From Blasia pusilla (Eukaryota): a stretch of 64,000 nucleotides of DNA. How positions within the stretch are numbered: the stretch's first letter is position 1; every line of letters begins with the position of its first letter. The translations under genes and the position numbers were made by a program. The stretch spans positions 9,114,001-9,178,000 of the forward strand of contig CM114271.1 in assembly GCA_050084515.1 (NCBI GenBank), written 5' to 3'. A model generated the notes under the pieces. That model saw only the letters and a program-made list of their open reading frames with translations, was not told the DNA's origin and made no database searches. Of the stretch, positions 24,951-38,322 are shown piece by piece.

Positions 24951-25461
24951 AGAAAATCACATGCGTTAGTACATGTTCTTTGAACACGAACTCAAGAGGG
25001 TCACTATATGGAGGGCTCTACATCACCTGCGACGTTTTAGGGTCTAGACCCCCTAACTTATAAATGAAAATTAATTTTTTCTCACCCTTATGTATTTTAA
25101 AGGAATCATTTTTCATTTTTGGTACCCCTCAAATTCTTTAAGTAAAGCAATCACTTGAAATAAATAAGACCTTCAAAGAAAAGAAAAGTACCAAGTTAAG
25201 TTAACATCCAACATGTTATCCTTACACTATGACAGAGGGGAATTGAACCCCTAATTAAGCAAGAGGTTCAATCAGCCAATGTGTCATCCCCCTAGCCTAC
25301 TCCCTCCCATTATCCTACTCAAAATTCAAGAGTGTCAAGTACACTCTAAGCACACTTCATAAAAATATTTAATTTAACATATCTCAAACAGAAAAAAACT
25401 CACCAAGATCAACTCACACTCTAAATATATGTAGTCAAAGCATGTAAGTCAACTGAATCAA

Positions 25462-25462
<1 letters not shown>

Positions 25463-25508
<46 letters not shown>
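25463..25508 (+). repeat. (TA)n microsatellite
   Basis: Directly visible. Confidence 0.95.
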
Positions 25509-25510
<2 letters not shown>

Positions 25511-25638
25511 CTTGTACCCTTGATTTCATTGTCAAATTCACATTAGAGATCACCATTTCAATATCAATCCATTGCACATCTATTGCATCATAACTAAACA
25601 AGGTTTTGGTGTTACCATGGCCGAAAGACTTGTACCAA

Positions 25639-28600
25639 TTACACAATACGACAAATACTTCCTTTTTGTCCAAGAGGAGGTACAAGCCTGTTTAACAAGT
25701 CCAAGGTCCTGCGACGTCTTGACCAATGTGAACCATTCTTTTGAATCATAAACATAGTACACCCCAACCAATACTCTTTTTTTGCAACTCTTGCCTCCAC
25801 TGCAAGTTGTGTCTCTTTTCCCTTCCTTTTCTTTGACTTTGTTGATATTGTGGAAGGGCCAACATTTGCTGTAGATTCAAACAAAATTGCAATATCACTA
25901 CCAACATCAACCAAACAAGTTGGGCAATTAGGATAACGTTTCTTTCCCTTACCAGTAGTGTAATAAGTCTTTTGGGCTATTCGAGTTAGTCTATCCTTTG
26001 ACATGAAAGGATTGCAAGACAACTGACTTACAAGGATGGATTTATAGATAATCTTGCCCTCATAAATTACAATAGGCACTATTGCATGGGGAATTGCCAT
26101 ATTAGTGAGTTCTGCTTGAACAGATGCAAACACATGCCTTAGTTCATGTCCTAATACCTCCATTTCAATAGATTTGGGATCAATGTCAATATCTATCTCT
26201 TCGTTATCTATTATGAAAGGTACATTGATATCACAACTTTCCTCTACAACCCAAGAATCAATATGGTTCAAATCTTCCTCAAGGTCCTCAAACTCTAAAA
26301 ACTCCCCAATTGGGTGCTCATATATTGGAGACACTATTGTGGATCGGTTATCTTCATGTTCTTCAACATCATCACATGACAGTACTTCCCTTATTGAAGC
26401 TGAATGAGGCCATGTCTCGGCCTCCACATCCCATGGATGCATCCACCACCTTCTCTTTGCAATTGGCAAGGAACTCTTTGGAGACATGTTCAACAACCTC
26501 AAAAGCTCTTTTGCTGCATCCAACCCTTCTTTAAGAGCATCAACAACCAACTCATTAGTCCCAACCAATGAATGATCAAATAGATTCGGAGCTTGGTCTC
26601 CTTCACCAAGAGGATGCAGTTTTGCCCAAATATGATCTTGCTTATGATGTGAACAACGTATCTTTAATCCTTCTGGTCCATACTCTAGGACAGCCAATCG
26701 ATTCACTCCTACTGCACTATCCAGTAGAGATCCAAAGTCATAGTTTCTTTCATGACCACTCATGCCAACTACCTTGCTGAAAAAAATCTCACAACAATCA
26801 GATCCTAGCAAGTGAAATGGAACTTGAAGATATGGAAACTCGTCTCGAAATGCACAAACTAAGAGTATAATGAAATGGCAAGACATGTTGATATCATGGA
26901 AAGCTTGAATAGAGATCATATTTTTTTTGGTGACACATCCTGTATTCCCTGTCACATAATGGTCACCGTACTTCAACCATAGCCTCCACAAACGGAGAAA
27001 CCAAGATACCTTAGATGCCAATACTATACGAGTTCTCAAGTCATGCTTCACAGAGAAGAAAATGTCGATGTAATCTGCACAAATCTCAAGGTACAACTTA
27101 GTCCCAAAACTTCTATCATGTCGAACATCTTGCCGCTCAAACATGTGGTGTAGGCAGGCTTGCACTCTCCTAGATGCTATCCGTTGTGGGCCAGCCCAGT
27201 TTTGTCTGTCTGTCCAATTCACATCATCCTAGTTCAAGCCATGCTCCTCAATTTTATAGTGGTTATAAATTGACGTCACATAGGACAACGATGCATGTTG
27301 GTCACCAAGCACTAGCATGGCAGCACATCTGTCAAATGGGTTAAAAGCCTTTTTCCCATTGTGGGATGGATCTTGGTCTCCAAAGCCATACAAGTCTCCA
27401 TTTGGAAGAATGGACACAAAATACTGCCACCCTTCCCACCCTACTTTATACCTTGGAAAAGAACCATTCATACCAATATAATCTTCCATCATTAATTTCC
27501 TACGACGAGCATCACCATCACTAGCATGCCCCAATAAAGGGCCAACATTGGCTCTACAATATTCATCCCACATGGATTTCGGCTGCACCCAATGTTCCCT
27601 CACCCAATCTGCTTTGAATCGATTACAAGTTGCGGTGGCACAAAGCGCCAATTTTGGCATTTTCTCATGCAAAGGATTCACAATTACTACTCTAGCATAC
27701 ATACCTTTCGCATATTTCTTAAAAGTACTCACAATTTTATCATACCCTTCAGTACCTTCCCCAACAAGTACTTCCAAGCCAAAAGAGCATGTATGTTCTT
27801 CCGAGGGACCACAAAAACCAATAAGCGTGTCATATTTAGCCTCCCATCTATCACAACAGTTGTATCAAATTAGAACATAAACCCAATATAAAACAATAAA
27901 CATGACATATAAATGTGCAAAGTAATATAATCATTATGTTAGTGCATATCCATACATATATCAAGGCCAACTTTCTCCAGAGATTCAAACACACCTTGGC
28001 CTTTCTTTTATCCTTGTTTCATCCTCAACGAACATTACAGGCACATCTCCCTCGATTCTAAGTAGTTATTTTGATGCAAATAGTACTTGGGAGACCTCTT
28101 GAAATATCTCTTTTTGTAGCCCAACTCTAAAGGGTGGTAGTTTTGCTCTGTCACGTTTCAAGGTCTTCAGACTTGGCCCTCCCAAGTTTTCCGAAAGTAG
28201 TGGGCAACTTGTCGGCCACCAAACTGGAACATGGCTTGGGAAAAGGCTTTGGTTCTCTTACTGTAACGATAACCATTGGCCACTCTCTGCAAATTCTTAG
28301 CCACATATTTCAAGAAATCCCACAACCCCTCCTTACCAACAAATGCCCCATCCCTATGTCCATTTACTATGTTCTAGAGAAATGGTCTCAAATCTTTCCT
28401 ATCTGCAACTACTCCTAACATGTCTTCTAGCTTCTTTCGCCTAGTACTCAAGGCACAAATCCTTTGTGATTGTTGTGCCAAAAGCCAAAGTTTTCTCCTA
28501 AATAGAGTGTTCAATTTTCCCACATGCTCCCTCAACTTTGTCTTGGTCAAGTACTTCATGGCCATCCCTCTTTGAGTTGTCCTGCCTCCTCTATGCACTA

Positions 28601-30038
28601 AAGCTTCCGCTTCCCTGTGCACCCGACCACGAAAATCATCCTCCCGCTTAATGGAGTCACAATGACTACAAGTGAGGTTCTCAAACCCTCCCCCATTACT
28701 TGACAATCTAGAGCAAAGCTTGTGCCTAAAACAACCTTGTATACATACAATTGACCTACTACTTGGATTGAACACTTGCGCTGAAGTGGTAAGCTCACAA
28801 TCCCAAATAGTTCCTCCTGTCTGATCATCTAGTATGGCCTTCACATCCATCAACTCTCCTCTCCATTGTACGTTTGACTCCCATAAGCCCCAACAAAGCA
28901 AACTTAGTCCAAAATCAATGGAGGAAGCAAACCCACCTTTTCCTAAACTGCTTCCTTCCTTGAAGGCATCAGGGTTAAGGAATTTGGTAATGGAATTTTG
29001 AGACGGAAATAAGTCCCTAGGATCTGCCTTCTTTGGTCTTTCCTTCTTCCCAGACCTCAAGGCAAGTTGGGCAGTGATCTCTCTAGTGTCAAGAGCATCC
29101 AAGTGATATCGACTAACCAACTATTGTCGTAGATTATGCTCCAAATTGGCCTTTCTTGGGCACATGTCTGTGTGCAACTTGCCACAGATTATACATCGTA
29201 CCTTGAACAGGTATGACTTGTGTGCAAACTGCATATCAGCAATAGATGGCATCATAGAGAACACTATTGTCTCACCCCCAACCTCTACATTCATTTTCTC
29301 AACTATTCCTAAACCTACGGTGATATGATGTTCATGATCCCATTGAGGTTGTTGTATAATGTCACTGGGAGAAATCAATGTACTAGGCAGACCCCGTCTC
29401 TTACAAAAATTCTCCTTGTGCTTAGGGTTGTTGAGATGCTTAGTCTTATAATTGTTGAAGCAATTTGCAATTGATTTTAAAAATTGGGAATTAGTTGCAT
29501 TCCCATAAGTCTCCCGACACTCTAAGCACTCTAGGTGCCCTCGGACATCTTGCCCCTCATCCCAAGTTCGCACTCTCCACTTATGCTCATCATATCCTTG
29601 TCGCTTTACCCAATCTTTAAGCTTGCTCCACTCCTCATTCCAACTCTTTCCTGCCACCTCAAACATAAGCAGTGACTCAAATGAACCTGTGACAGGCAAT
29701 GTATCGACTACTTGCTCTTGGGTTGTGGCTTCTGTATGTGATTGAGACCCAACATTTGTGTCCTCCATGGTAGACACAATAGCAGCAGATGAATGCGAGG
29801 ACACAATTGCAACCCCCCCAATACATCTAGAGGCTTGTTGTGCAATCACAAAAACACTCCCTTCAAGTTCACTAATCTCAATGAGGTTCTCAATAGGATG
29901 TCTAACTCTACCAGGTAGCCTATCATCCCAAAAATCAAATTTAAAGTCAACTGCCCTAGCACATCGAGTGCGGAAGTCGGCCAGTGTTTGTCCTTCTTTG
30001 AAGGACAAACACAAAAATTGGTACATCATCCTTCCCAT
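25639..30038 (-). pseudogene. P-element/THAP9-like DDE transposase with N-terminal zinc-finger-like regions (in-frame stops, probable intron ~27870-27960)
   Basis: VPVMFVEDETRIK (~28050-28010), DTLIGFCG, GHASDGDARRRK, DQDPSHNGKK (DxxH), DRQN, GSDCCEIFFS; ORFs 29121-30038, 28374-29120, 27229-27777, 25639-27222. Confidence 0.75.
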
Positions 30039-30433
30039 CCTTTTCTACTAGTCTCACTGAGTTGGAACTGGGGTTTGCCATTTGTACAAGGTATCAAAGG
30101 CATTCAAACTATCATATACGTAGTTCAACCTGTCATGTACCACAACAATAAACAAAAGAGGTCACAAATCAAGGTTTGTTATGCTTCTACAACAATTGAT
30201 AGCCATGCATAACATCAAATAACTATCCTCATTCAAACTTCAAGACTTAATCCATTTAATTCATTACAACCCAATCAAAACGTCCATTCAATATGAGTTA
30301 TAGTTTTGAGTCTGAAGATGCAAAACTCCTGAAAACATAAAGGTAATTTGTGCAAAATCTTACACGTGAAATATGTAATGAGACTATAGTCCCATTGTGC
30401 TTACCTACAAAATTTCTCTATCGTATTCATTAA

Positions 30434-31129
30434 TTAAACCCAAGAGATATGTTGATAATCTACAATGCCTAGTGTGGGGACAATTGGATGATCAGGGCAA
30501 TAGATCATCCATCTGATCTCATTATGTGCAACATGACGCCAAGATTCTCTGCCAGGTGCAAAACCTTCCTCCTTGCTCGCTACCAAGCAACCCAAATGCC
30601 ATGTCTTTGGACATCTCAAACATTGGACGACCTTTGCTAGATGCTCGTTGCGATGCGGCATGTTGCATGCCACACATGTATGGAGAAGGCAACACTGCAC
30701 ATCAAGTGGCAAACATCCATGATAGAAGAAACAAACACAGAAAGGTTGGGGGCACTGTCTTATATTAGTTTGAATGGAAGCCATTCTACCACACTTGAAA
30801 CATTTGTATGTCCCGGAGGTACACTCTGGATAATACCAAGGGTCGCTCACCTTGTCCTTTGGAATGACCACAACAGGGCAATGAGACACCGTCTGGCCAA
30901 CTTTATGAACATGGTGAAATTGTCGATGGCAAAGCCCATCACAAATCACTGGATCTCCATGCAAATCGCAAATAGCACACAAATGAGGACTGCATTGTCG
31001 CAACTCAATATCTGAGAATAAGGGAATTTGTGGCAACATCATGCTCATGTTCTTCCTAGAGAGTGGATTATTCTTGGCTTGCCCCTTGTATCTTGCCGTT
31101 ATGGCTACTAGACATTTAAACATGGACAC
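30434..31129 (-). CDS. Tandem PHD-type zinc fingers (NSD/EDM2-like arrangement); probably the last exon of a spliced and possibly decayed gene
   Basis: CAICDLHGDPVICDGLCHRQFH..C..WYYPEC; CFKC..CPQPFCVCFFYHGC; CLLHTCVAC..QCLRCPKTWHLGC..IYCPDH. Confidence 0.78.
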   Translation of the reverse strand: MSMFKCLVAITARYKGQAKNNPLSRKNMSMMLPQIPLFSDIELRQCSPHLCAICDLHGDPVICDGLCHRQFHHVHKVGQTVSHCPVVVIPKDKVSDPWYYPECTSGTYKCFKCGRMASIQTNIRQCPQPFCVCFFYHGCLPLDVQCCLLHTCVACNMPHRNEHLAKVVQCLRCPKTWHLGCLVASKEEGFAPGRESWRHVAHNEIRWMIYCPDHPIVPTLGIVDYQHISWV

Positions 31130-32322
31130 TGAATTAGTTATAACTTAACCAAATAGTAGATATAGGCATGCATAATTGTAGACAAACTAAAAGACTTAAA
31201 AGTCAATTGCTTAGAACTCAACTAAATACCAACTCTCAAAAAAATAAACTATGCTTGAAAAGGAAGTAGAATCCTTCCTAGCGTAGTTCTGAATGCCTGC
31301 TGCAAACGCTTTGAAATGTATGTTTGATAACACACAATGCAGCATAAGCATAGAATAACTGTTTTTGCTAGTATGAGAGAAGAAATAGGCTACAGACATA
31401 AACTCAACATCCCCACATGTTGAACACACCTGACAGGTTGGATAGTTACCTAAGACCACATAACCAATCTGTGCCCTTGTGACCGGCGTGGAAAATAGTA
31501 TCCACAAAAACTGCCAAGGCTTTGGGCAATGAATCAAGGCTATTGAATGTGTTGAACAATTCTGGTGCTACCAAAATGAGAGAAAGAAAGATTGTACCAT
31601 TAAGTAGTGCCTGTCACCTTGTGAGGAAAAAAAGGGTATCACCACGACTCAAATAGAGGATAGATAGAGCGGGATGGGTAGAAAAAGCAGCCGACCTCCT
31701 TTCTCAATGTTTGGGAACAAGAATCTACGGACAATCTGATGTGAGATTGGGAGAGGGAGAAGAAGAGTGTGAGGATGGGATAGCTAAAGCTCGCTCACCA
31801 AGCAAAAGTGGCCGGACGCGTGAGAGCTGCAACGGCAATGGCAGCAACCACAAAGGGCAGAATCTGTGAGAGAGATATGGTGATATCAATTTTTTTTCCC
31901 AAGCTTATCCTTCTTCACTTTGATCCGAATGAAGCCAAAGCGACATTCCCTTCTTGCCTAAAGAGTCTTCACCAGAACAACTCAGAGGCCGCAATTCATC
32001 TAATGGAAAAGCGTGCAACATGTAGTTGTCAAACGCATGGTAGAACATCTCCCATACCCACATCAATCCAGTTCAAATTCAGATGGATTTCACCACTCCC
32101 AGAAAAGTCCCTGAAGTGGCACAACGCACAAATAGAGGACTGGAGATCCCATCCAATAAAAAAAACAATTGGGGCTCAAAGAGCCAACCAGGTCTAGGGC
32201 CACAACCAGCATGATTGAAAAGAAAAAGGGGATGCCTCAACAAGATAACTTAACCAACAGCAGCATACACAAGGAATGATTGAGTGAACTGATGTTTTGT
32301 CCTCAAGAACCAAGATGGCCAT

Positions 32323-32324
<2 letters not shown>

Positions 32325-32397
<73 letters not shown>
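32325..32397 (+). repeat. (GA)n microsatellite
   Basis: Directly visible. Confidence 0.95.
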
Positions 32398-32399
<2 letters not shown>

Positions 32400-33169
32400 G
32401 CTTTGCTAATCCAGATCTCGAGATACCAAAAGCATGCCGTGACACCACTTCCAATTGCGTATGCGCTCCTACATTCAATAAGCTCCCGTGTTGAATCAAA
32501 GAAGGAAGGCATGCAAATGTAGAAATGAAGGAAAGGAAACCGCTCAAGAGAATAGAGGCACGATACGTATACTCTCATATAAGAAAGCAAGAAAATAAAG
32601 GAGCATACCAACTTCCGAGCCACTCCCGATCACACTCTCCTACTACGCCACCACTCCTTGAGCGACAAAACCCAAAGAAATCAGGAAGTAGACTCGAGCC
32701 TCTTCCGATCACTCTCTCTAGCTGCACTGCCACTCCTTGAGCAACAGAACCCAAAGTTGTGCACTCTGCTGGGAAGGGACTTCAAGTGGCGGCTCAATTT
32801 GCCGCTCAAAGCTTGTCTTTGAAGGTCAAAACCCTAGACCCAACAAACCCAACTCAAATTGAGAGGGAAACTTGAAAGTGAGGACTCCCTTCTTCCCTCT
32901 AAAGCTTTTCCAAAAAAATGTTTTTTTGAGCTAGGGAAGCTAATTTTTGTAAAAAAATAATTTAATATATGTAGAAGTGACATGTATAAACCCCATCTTA
33001 TCTTAACATCTTTTGTGGAAGGAAGACTACTTTAAAAATACCCTATTGTTCTTATAAGAGTTTGATGGAAAAAATTATGCCCTATTGTTCTTCCACAAAA
33101 CTTAATAAGTCTTCTGAGGGACGCAATTTAAAAACCCCTAACTTTTTTGCACGTGATGGGGCATTTGTG

Positions 33170-33643
33170 TGGAAGTGAGACCCCCGAGAACACGAACCTC
33201 ACTTTGAGCGCCAAACGGCGTCTCAAGGGTAGAGGATGGAATGGGAGTTTGGCGTTGGAACTCGAAACCCAAACCTGATCCAAGGGAGTGGATTTCGTAA
33301 GCCACACTTGGATACCAACTCGCGATTCATTTCGTGACTCGCGGTTGGTGCAATTGACAGTTGGAACCGCCGGGCATGCAAATGCCATTGGAGGTTCCTC
33401 AACCAACCAGAAAGTCTATCCCAAGTCTTGAAAGACTTGCTTGTGTTGTAAACCATGAAACTAGGAAGGTTGAGCTTGATGAGAGGTCGAGTCGAGAACT
33501 CAGAAAGTTAGAACGCTAATTGACCCAGACCCGACTAAGGGGAATTCGTGTTTGGATGCGGATCAAGATTGAGAGCGTGTCCTACTGAATGGATGCTTCT
33601 AAAAAATAAAACATTTATGTTTAAGGAGAGTAGGCACATGACA
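33170..33643 (+). repeat. Partial LTR homologous to the 3' half of 34276-35291
   Basis: Shared blocks AAAGTCTATC.CAAGT, GAGCTTGATGAG and GAGTAGGCACA..ACA. Confidence 0.65.
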
Positions 33644-34275
33644 ATAGAAACCTTGGGCCAAAGGCCGTTGTAACTAGATCAGGCTAATGTTCCAATAAAA
33701 GAATACATGGATTTGGAGATTTAATGCTTATGTTGATTAAAATTTGTATGTGGTAGTGCATGGCAATGAGTAGTTCTTCATAGGCTTAGGATATAAGTCA
33801 AGAGGATAGAAAAGGAGTATTTGAGGTGAAAACTTGGATTTAGATAAGCACCTAGAACAGGACCAAGTGTTGTGCGACTAACACTTGGGCTTGGGGTATC
33901 CTTATTCATGATAGAATGAGTGAACTTAGTGATGCGCCTAAGTCGAGTATGAGAGCAACCCAAAAGTAGTATGACTTGTATACCGTGTAAACAAGTGAGT
34001 TGTTTACGAGTTATGAGCCAGAGAAGTCTTAGGTAGCAAACTTAGCTATCTTATTTCATAGGTTAGATGAGTTCCAAAAAATTGATCTAGGCTAATCAAA
34101 GAGGAGATGCTAAATGATGCTGAGTGTTGTAGGCGAAAGCTTAAGAATTAAGCCAAACGAGGAATTTCCTGTTAGTTACTATAACACAATTTGATATCAA
34201 GGGCTCGGCTTCCCAAAAGACTTGACATTAGAACGTTGGCGTTGATGAGGGCATCGATCTCTACAGAGGAATGAG

Positions 34276-35291
34276 TGTCGCAACCCTCATAACCAAACGA
34301 GCGGCAAGTGGAACATTCAAACTCTAGCGGGCTCATGCTAGGATGGTTTATGCTTTGGAATGATCTCTTGGAAGAGATGCAAGAGACACAAGAGATGAGA
34401 CGCAAACAAGGTTGAGTGTGTCATGCATTTATGGTTGCGACTAGGAAACCTGGACAAAAAATGAACCAATAATTGAGAGAAGTGGAGTGTAGGAAGGTTG
34501 GTTGCCAAAGAGGGAGAACTGGATTTGGAACATGACTAGCGTTTGGGGTTTCTACTATATTTTAGACCATAACTTCTAGTTCCAAGATGCATTTGGGACA
34601 AATAAGATGGCGTTGGAAAGAATATGCAAGGCCGGTTCCAGCGCACTAAAGATCTTAGCAAATGCATAAGCACAAGCTGAGATATTGGCTGAAAACGAGT
34701 GTATGGGGAATCAGGTTGAGGGCCAAAAAGAGGGGCCCGAGTGTCTCTTCCCCAAAGGTGGGGGGAGGGCGGGGATTCCCAAAAGTACTAGTAAGGGGGA
34801 GGATGTCCAAGAGTGCTCGGGACTCGAAACCCATTTTGGGACGCCGCGGGGTTACCCAAGGGCACGGAATGGATTGGGAGTTTTGGCATTGGGATTTGAA
34901 ACCCGAACCAAGTCTAATAGAGTGGATTTTGGAGGACCCTATTGGATTCCGAGTCGTGACTCATTTAGTTGTTCTTAGTTTGGAGACTCATATAAGCTCC
35001 ATTGGAAAGTTGAGACCGCTTAGCGCGCAAAGGCCATTATAAGTGTCTAGACTAACCACAAAGTCTATCACAAGTGTCGGAAGACTTGCCCGTGTTGGGG
35101 ACCTAGGAACTAGGGAGGGTGGAGCTTGATGAGGTGCCGAGTTGAGAACTTGGTGGGTTGGAAGGTCGATTGATCCAAACTAGACTAACATGAGTGTGTT
35201 TGGGTGTAGATTGGTGACGAGAGTATGTCGTACTGAACGTACACTTCCACAACATTAAAGATTGACATTCAAGAGGAGTAGGCACACAACA
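34276..35291 (+). repeat. Putative LTR (~1.0 kb), TGTCGC...CAACA
   Basis: The same start occurs at 45488 and, inverted, at 19728; the end is defined by loss of similarity to 33410-33643; followed by TTGGCACCC (PBS-like). Confidence 0.65.
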
Positions 35292-35949
35292 TTGGCACCC
35301 AACCTCTTGTGGGACTTAAGCTCCTCTCAAGTCTTGCTTGGCATTTGGTCTTGTTCTAGTAAGTTACGACCATCATCACTTAAGAGGACCAACAAGGCTC
35401 GCGTCTTGCTTCTAACTCATGTCTCATTCTAGAGACTCTAATGCGCTTCCATCCTAGTGTGAGCCCACTAAAATTATGATGTTCTGCATTGTCGCACGTT
35501 TGGCTTCGAGGGTCACCACAATTTGGGAGATTTCCTAGAGGTTCTTGATATGTTATGAACTCGTTGAGCAAGTTGAGATGACATCTATACATATATCACC
35601 CTCTTGGAGCCTAGAGAGGAGTATACCCCAGAGGAAGGCTCATTTTTTCACAGTTGAGCCTTCCAAGCATAGCCCAAGACAGGGTGTTGCCAACGTGCGT
35701 TAGAGTTGGATTTCCTCACATTAAGGGTGAGTTTGGCTCAATTTTTATTTTATGTAATAAGGGCGCGTTGTGTTTCCCATTTATTTTCATGGTGTGACCT
35801 TCTTATGATTGTGTATATGTAGATGTGTTCTGTTATATATATTGTACTTGTTGTGTTAATGCACGTTTGTGTATGGAAATAATCTATAACTATATTATTA
35901 TTGGAGAGTGCCCATTCAATTTGCAAACTTATCTCCCACATCTTGAGGC

Positions 35950-37080
35950 CACTACAAAAGCCCATTGGTTTAGGCATGCTCCGAAGCTACGGAGATCTAT
36001 TGCATACAATAGAGAATCGCAATAGCTAATGATAACCCATTTCTCGATTGAAGATGATGGGCGCAATATGTAAGGAATGAGTCAAGCCGCTCCCCCATAG
36101 CCCCATACATCTCTATGGCTAGGGGGACAAATCAATGTCCATCGTGAAGTTGAGTGTAGAGATGGGTCTTCTTCACCGCCGCCCCCTTTGCCTCCGCCGT
36201 TTCTCCTTGTAGCACTCTCCCTTGTGCTACCACTTAGGCTTACACAACCTCCCGCATAGGATCTGTCACGACAACGTTCGCCATCACCACTTCAACCTCT
36301 CGTGCCATATAAAGCTCAACACGGATAAGGGAATCCCGCGTGGATTAGTGCCTCTCTCTCTACATGTGGAAGCAACTCTTACGAGCAATACTGAACATCA
36401 TATGAGGCACAAAATCATGAGTGGAAATCCTCTCACCCCCAATTGGACAGCGTGTTAAATGCATACGAAGTGGATCGAGACTGTAGCGACACTCACAATG
36501 CGTCGTACCAACCACTCATGGTTGGGGGAGCCCAATCGGAACCGCATCGCTATGGTGTAGGTAAGGGGTGCGATATAGAAAGTCGGGATGAGGGGACAAG
36601 CCCCCACCCATGAGCCTTCCCTCTTTATGGAGCAAGAGTGAATACACGCCCGAACCTCCATGGGAATATCCCGGTCTAACACAGTAACTCTAAAAACTGC
36701 CTCAAAGTGGGCTTCCATTAGAGAAGATTGGAGCCCAGCCTAACCGAAGGTAACTAAGGAGGAGAAAGTAGAGAGAAAAGCTCTAGCCTCACCTAGAAGT
36801 GAATCTCTACATGCTCCAAGGGAAGACTACAGTGAGAACATGCCATCCTCAATGTGGGATACATATTGTCGAAGAAGTGGTCTATCCCTAACCATAAATC
36901 TAAAGCAAAGAAGGGGTGCTACTATGGCCCAACTCCCCAAAAAGCCGAGGGCGCCACTAATTCCGTCGAGAGAAGAACTACTCCACCAAAGGCAATCTAC
37001 CACTGGAGAGTCCTCGGGAGGAAAGCAATCACGAAGGTGTTTGTATATCATACCTGACTACCCTCCCGCCGCAATCCTAG
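35950..37080 (-). mobile_element. Decayed non-LTR retrotransposon 3' end (RLE type, CRE-like): zinc knuckle plus restriction-like endonuclease
   Basis: IAMRFRLG..; CECRYSLDPLRMHLTRCPIGGERISTHD; VVVTDP; FVPLAIEMYGAMG, read across frameshifts on the minus strand. Confidence 0.75.
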
Positions 37081-38181
37081 GAGAACATCTAAATGCCCGT
37101 GCAAAGAGGGACGCGTCAAAGCATAGAACTGTGTCAAGATGGAAGTTATGTGCAAAAGCTCGAATGTCAACCATTGGGCGAGAATGTAGCCTTTGGAGGG
37201 CATCCAAATCCCTAAACCTGGTAAGCCTTAGAACGCTTACGGGACATTTGTGTCGCATCTCTATCTCTTTGTCCTAGACACTTGTAACCAACATGTCACC
37301 ACCACATGCCCTTCAAGAGAACCTCTTCATAATCGACGTGTTGGGAGGAGCTCTTAAAAGTTACCACATGGGCTATTAGAAAGGGCCGTAAAAAGCAACT
37401 GACCCTAATCGCCACGTGTCGATGGTGCATGATGTACATCGTGGAGCGGCCACATCTGGGGCTCAGTCGATTAAAGATGAAACATGAAAAGACAGAGAAT
37501 TTCTTTTCTCTCGTCTCACGGAAACGAGGGAAGTTTGAAGAATGGAGTAGACCCGATCGAAGATCAGGCAATCAGCTTCTCACAGTAGTATTCAGAAAAG
37601 GCAAAATCAATTCATGAGAGGCGTGGGTGGTGGGGCGTTCCTGCTGTGAACGTGACATTTGTTGTTAGTTCCTGCCCATTTCGTCGCTTTGTGGAACCGT
37701 GCAAGGGCCGGCTGCCAAATCGGGAGGTTGCTGTCTTCGTGCTTGCGGCTATTGTGTAAAGAACGCTCAGCCGCTGGCATTTTTTCGTATGAGTTCACTC
37801 TATGGAGTAGAGGGTGTATTTTCCAAGTGCCACTGACGAATTACCATAGGTTTCTGTCGGTAGATCTGGGTCTCTAGGGTTTTGCACGCACATTTCCCCG
37901 GCAAGCTCCAAAAGGCTCTCTCTAACGAAAGATCTTTCGAAATTGTTGAAGGGCAAAGCCAGACAATTCAGGTATAGTACATGAATTAGGTTTAGTGTCT
38001 AGGCGGAGAGAAAGCAAGCGAGTGAACAAATGGTTGTGGTTAGTTGCTGCTTACTTTCTTTTCGCTTGGTCTGGAAGGTATTTGGGGAGGATGTTGTCGT
38101 CAACAGCATCTGGAGAAGAGTAAGATAACTACGCAAATTTCTAGAGGTCTTGAAAGGTGACGATCCTCGAGCGTCGCTTAC

Positions 38182-38183
<2 letters not shown>

Positions 38184-38230
<47 letters not shown>
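38184..38230 (+). repeat. (GA)n microsatellite upstream of the host ORF
   Basis: Directly visible. Confidence 0.95.
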
Positions 38231-38234
<4 letters not shown>

Positions 38235-38322
38235 GCGCTGGAGGCGGCACTTTCGTCCTTGCAAGGGGAGTCAGGGAAGACTTAGAAGTTTCGTGTCCTT
38301 TTGAGGGGAAGGTTGAGGAAGA

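Larger units (their letters stand above)
25021..33158 (-). mobile_element. P-element-superfamily-like DNA transposon (~8.1 kb) with PHD-finger cargo
   Basis: Imperfect TIRs CATCACCTGC..TTAGGG (25021) and reverse complement CATCACGTGC..TTAGGG (33158); flanking 8-mers GGGCTCTA/GGGCATTT (5/8); internal DDE transposase. Confidence 0.68.

Noticed and set aside
32194-32623. ORFs with ERERER/SLSLSL runs (also 37999-38250, 25458-25685 and poly-K/F at 48605-48885)
   Set aside because: Translations of microsatellites or a poly-T run.
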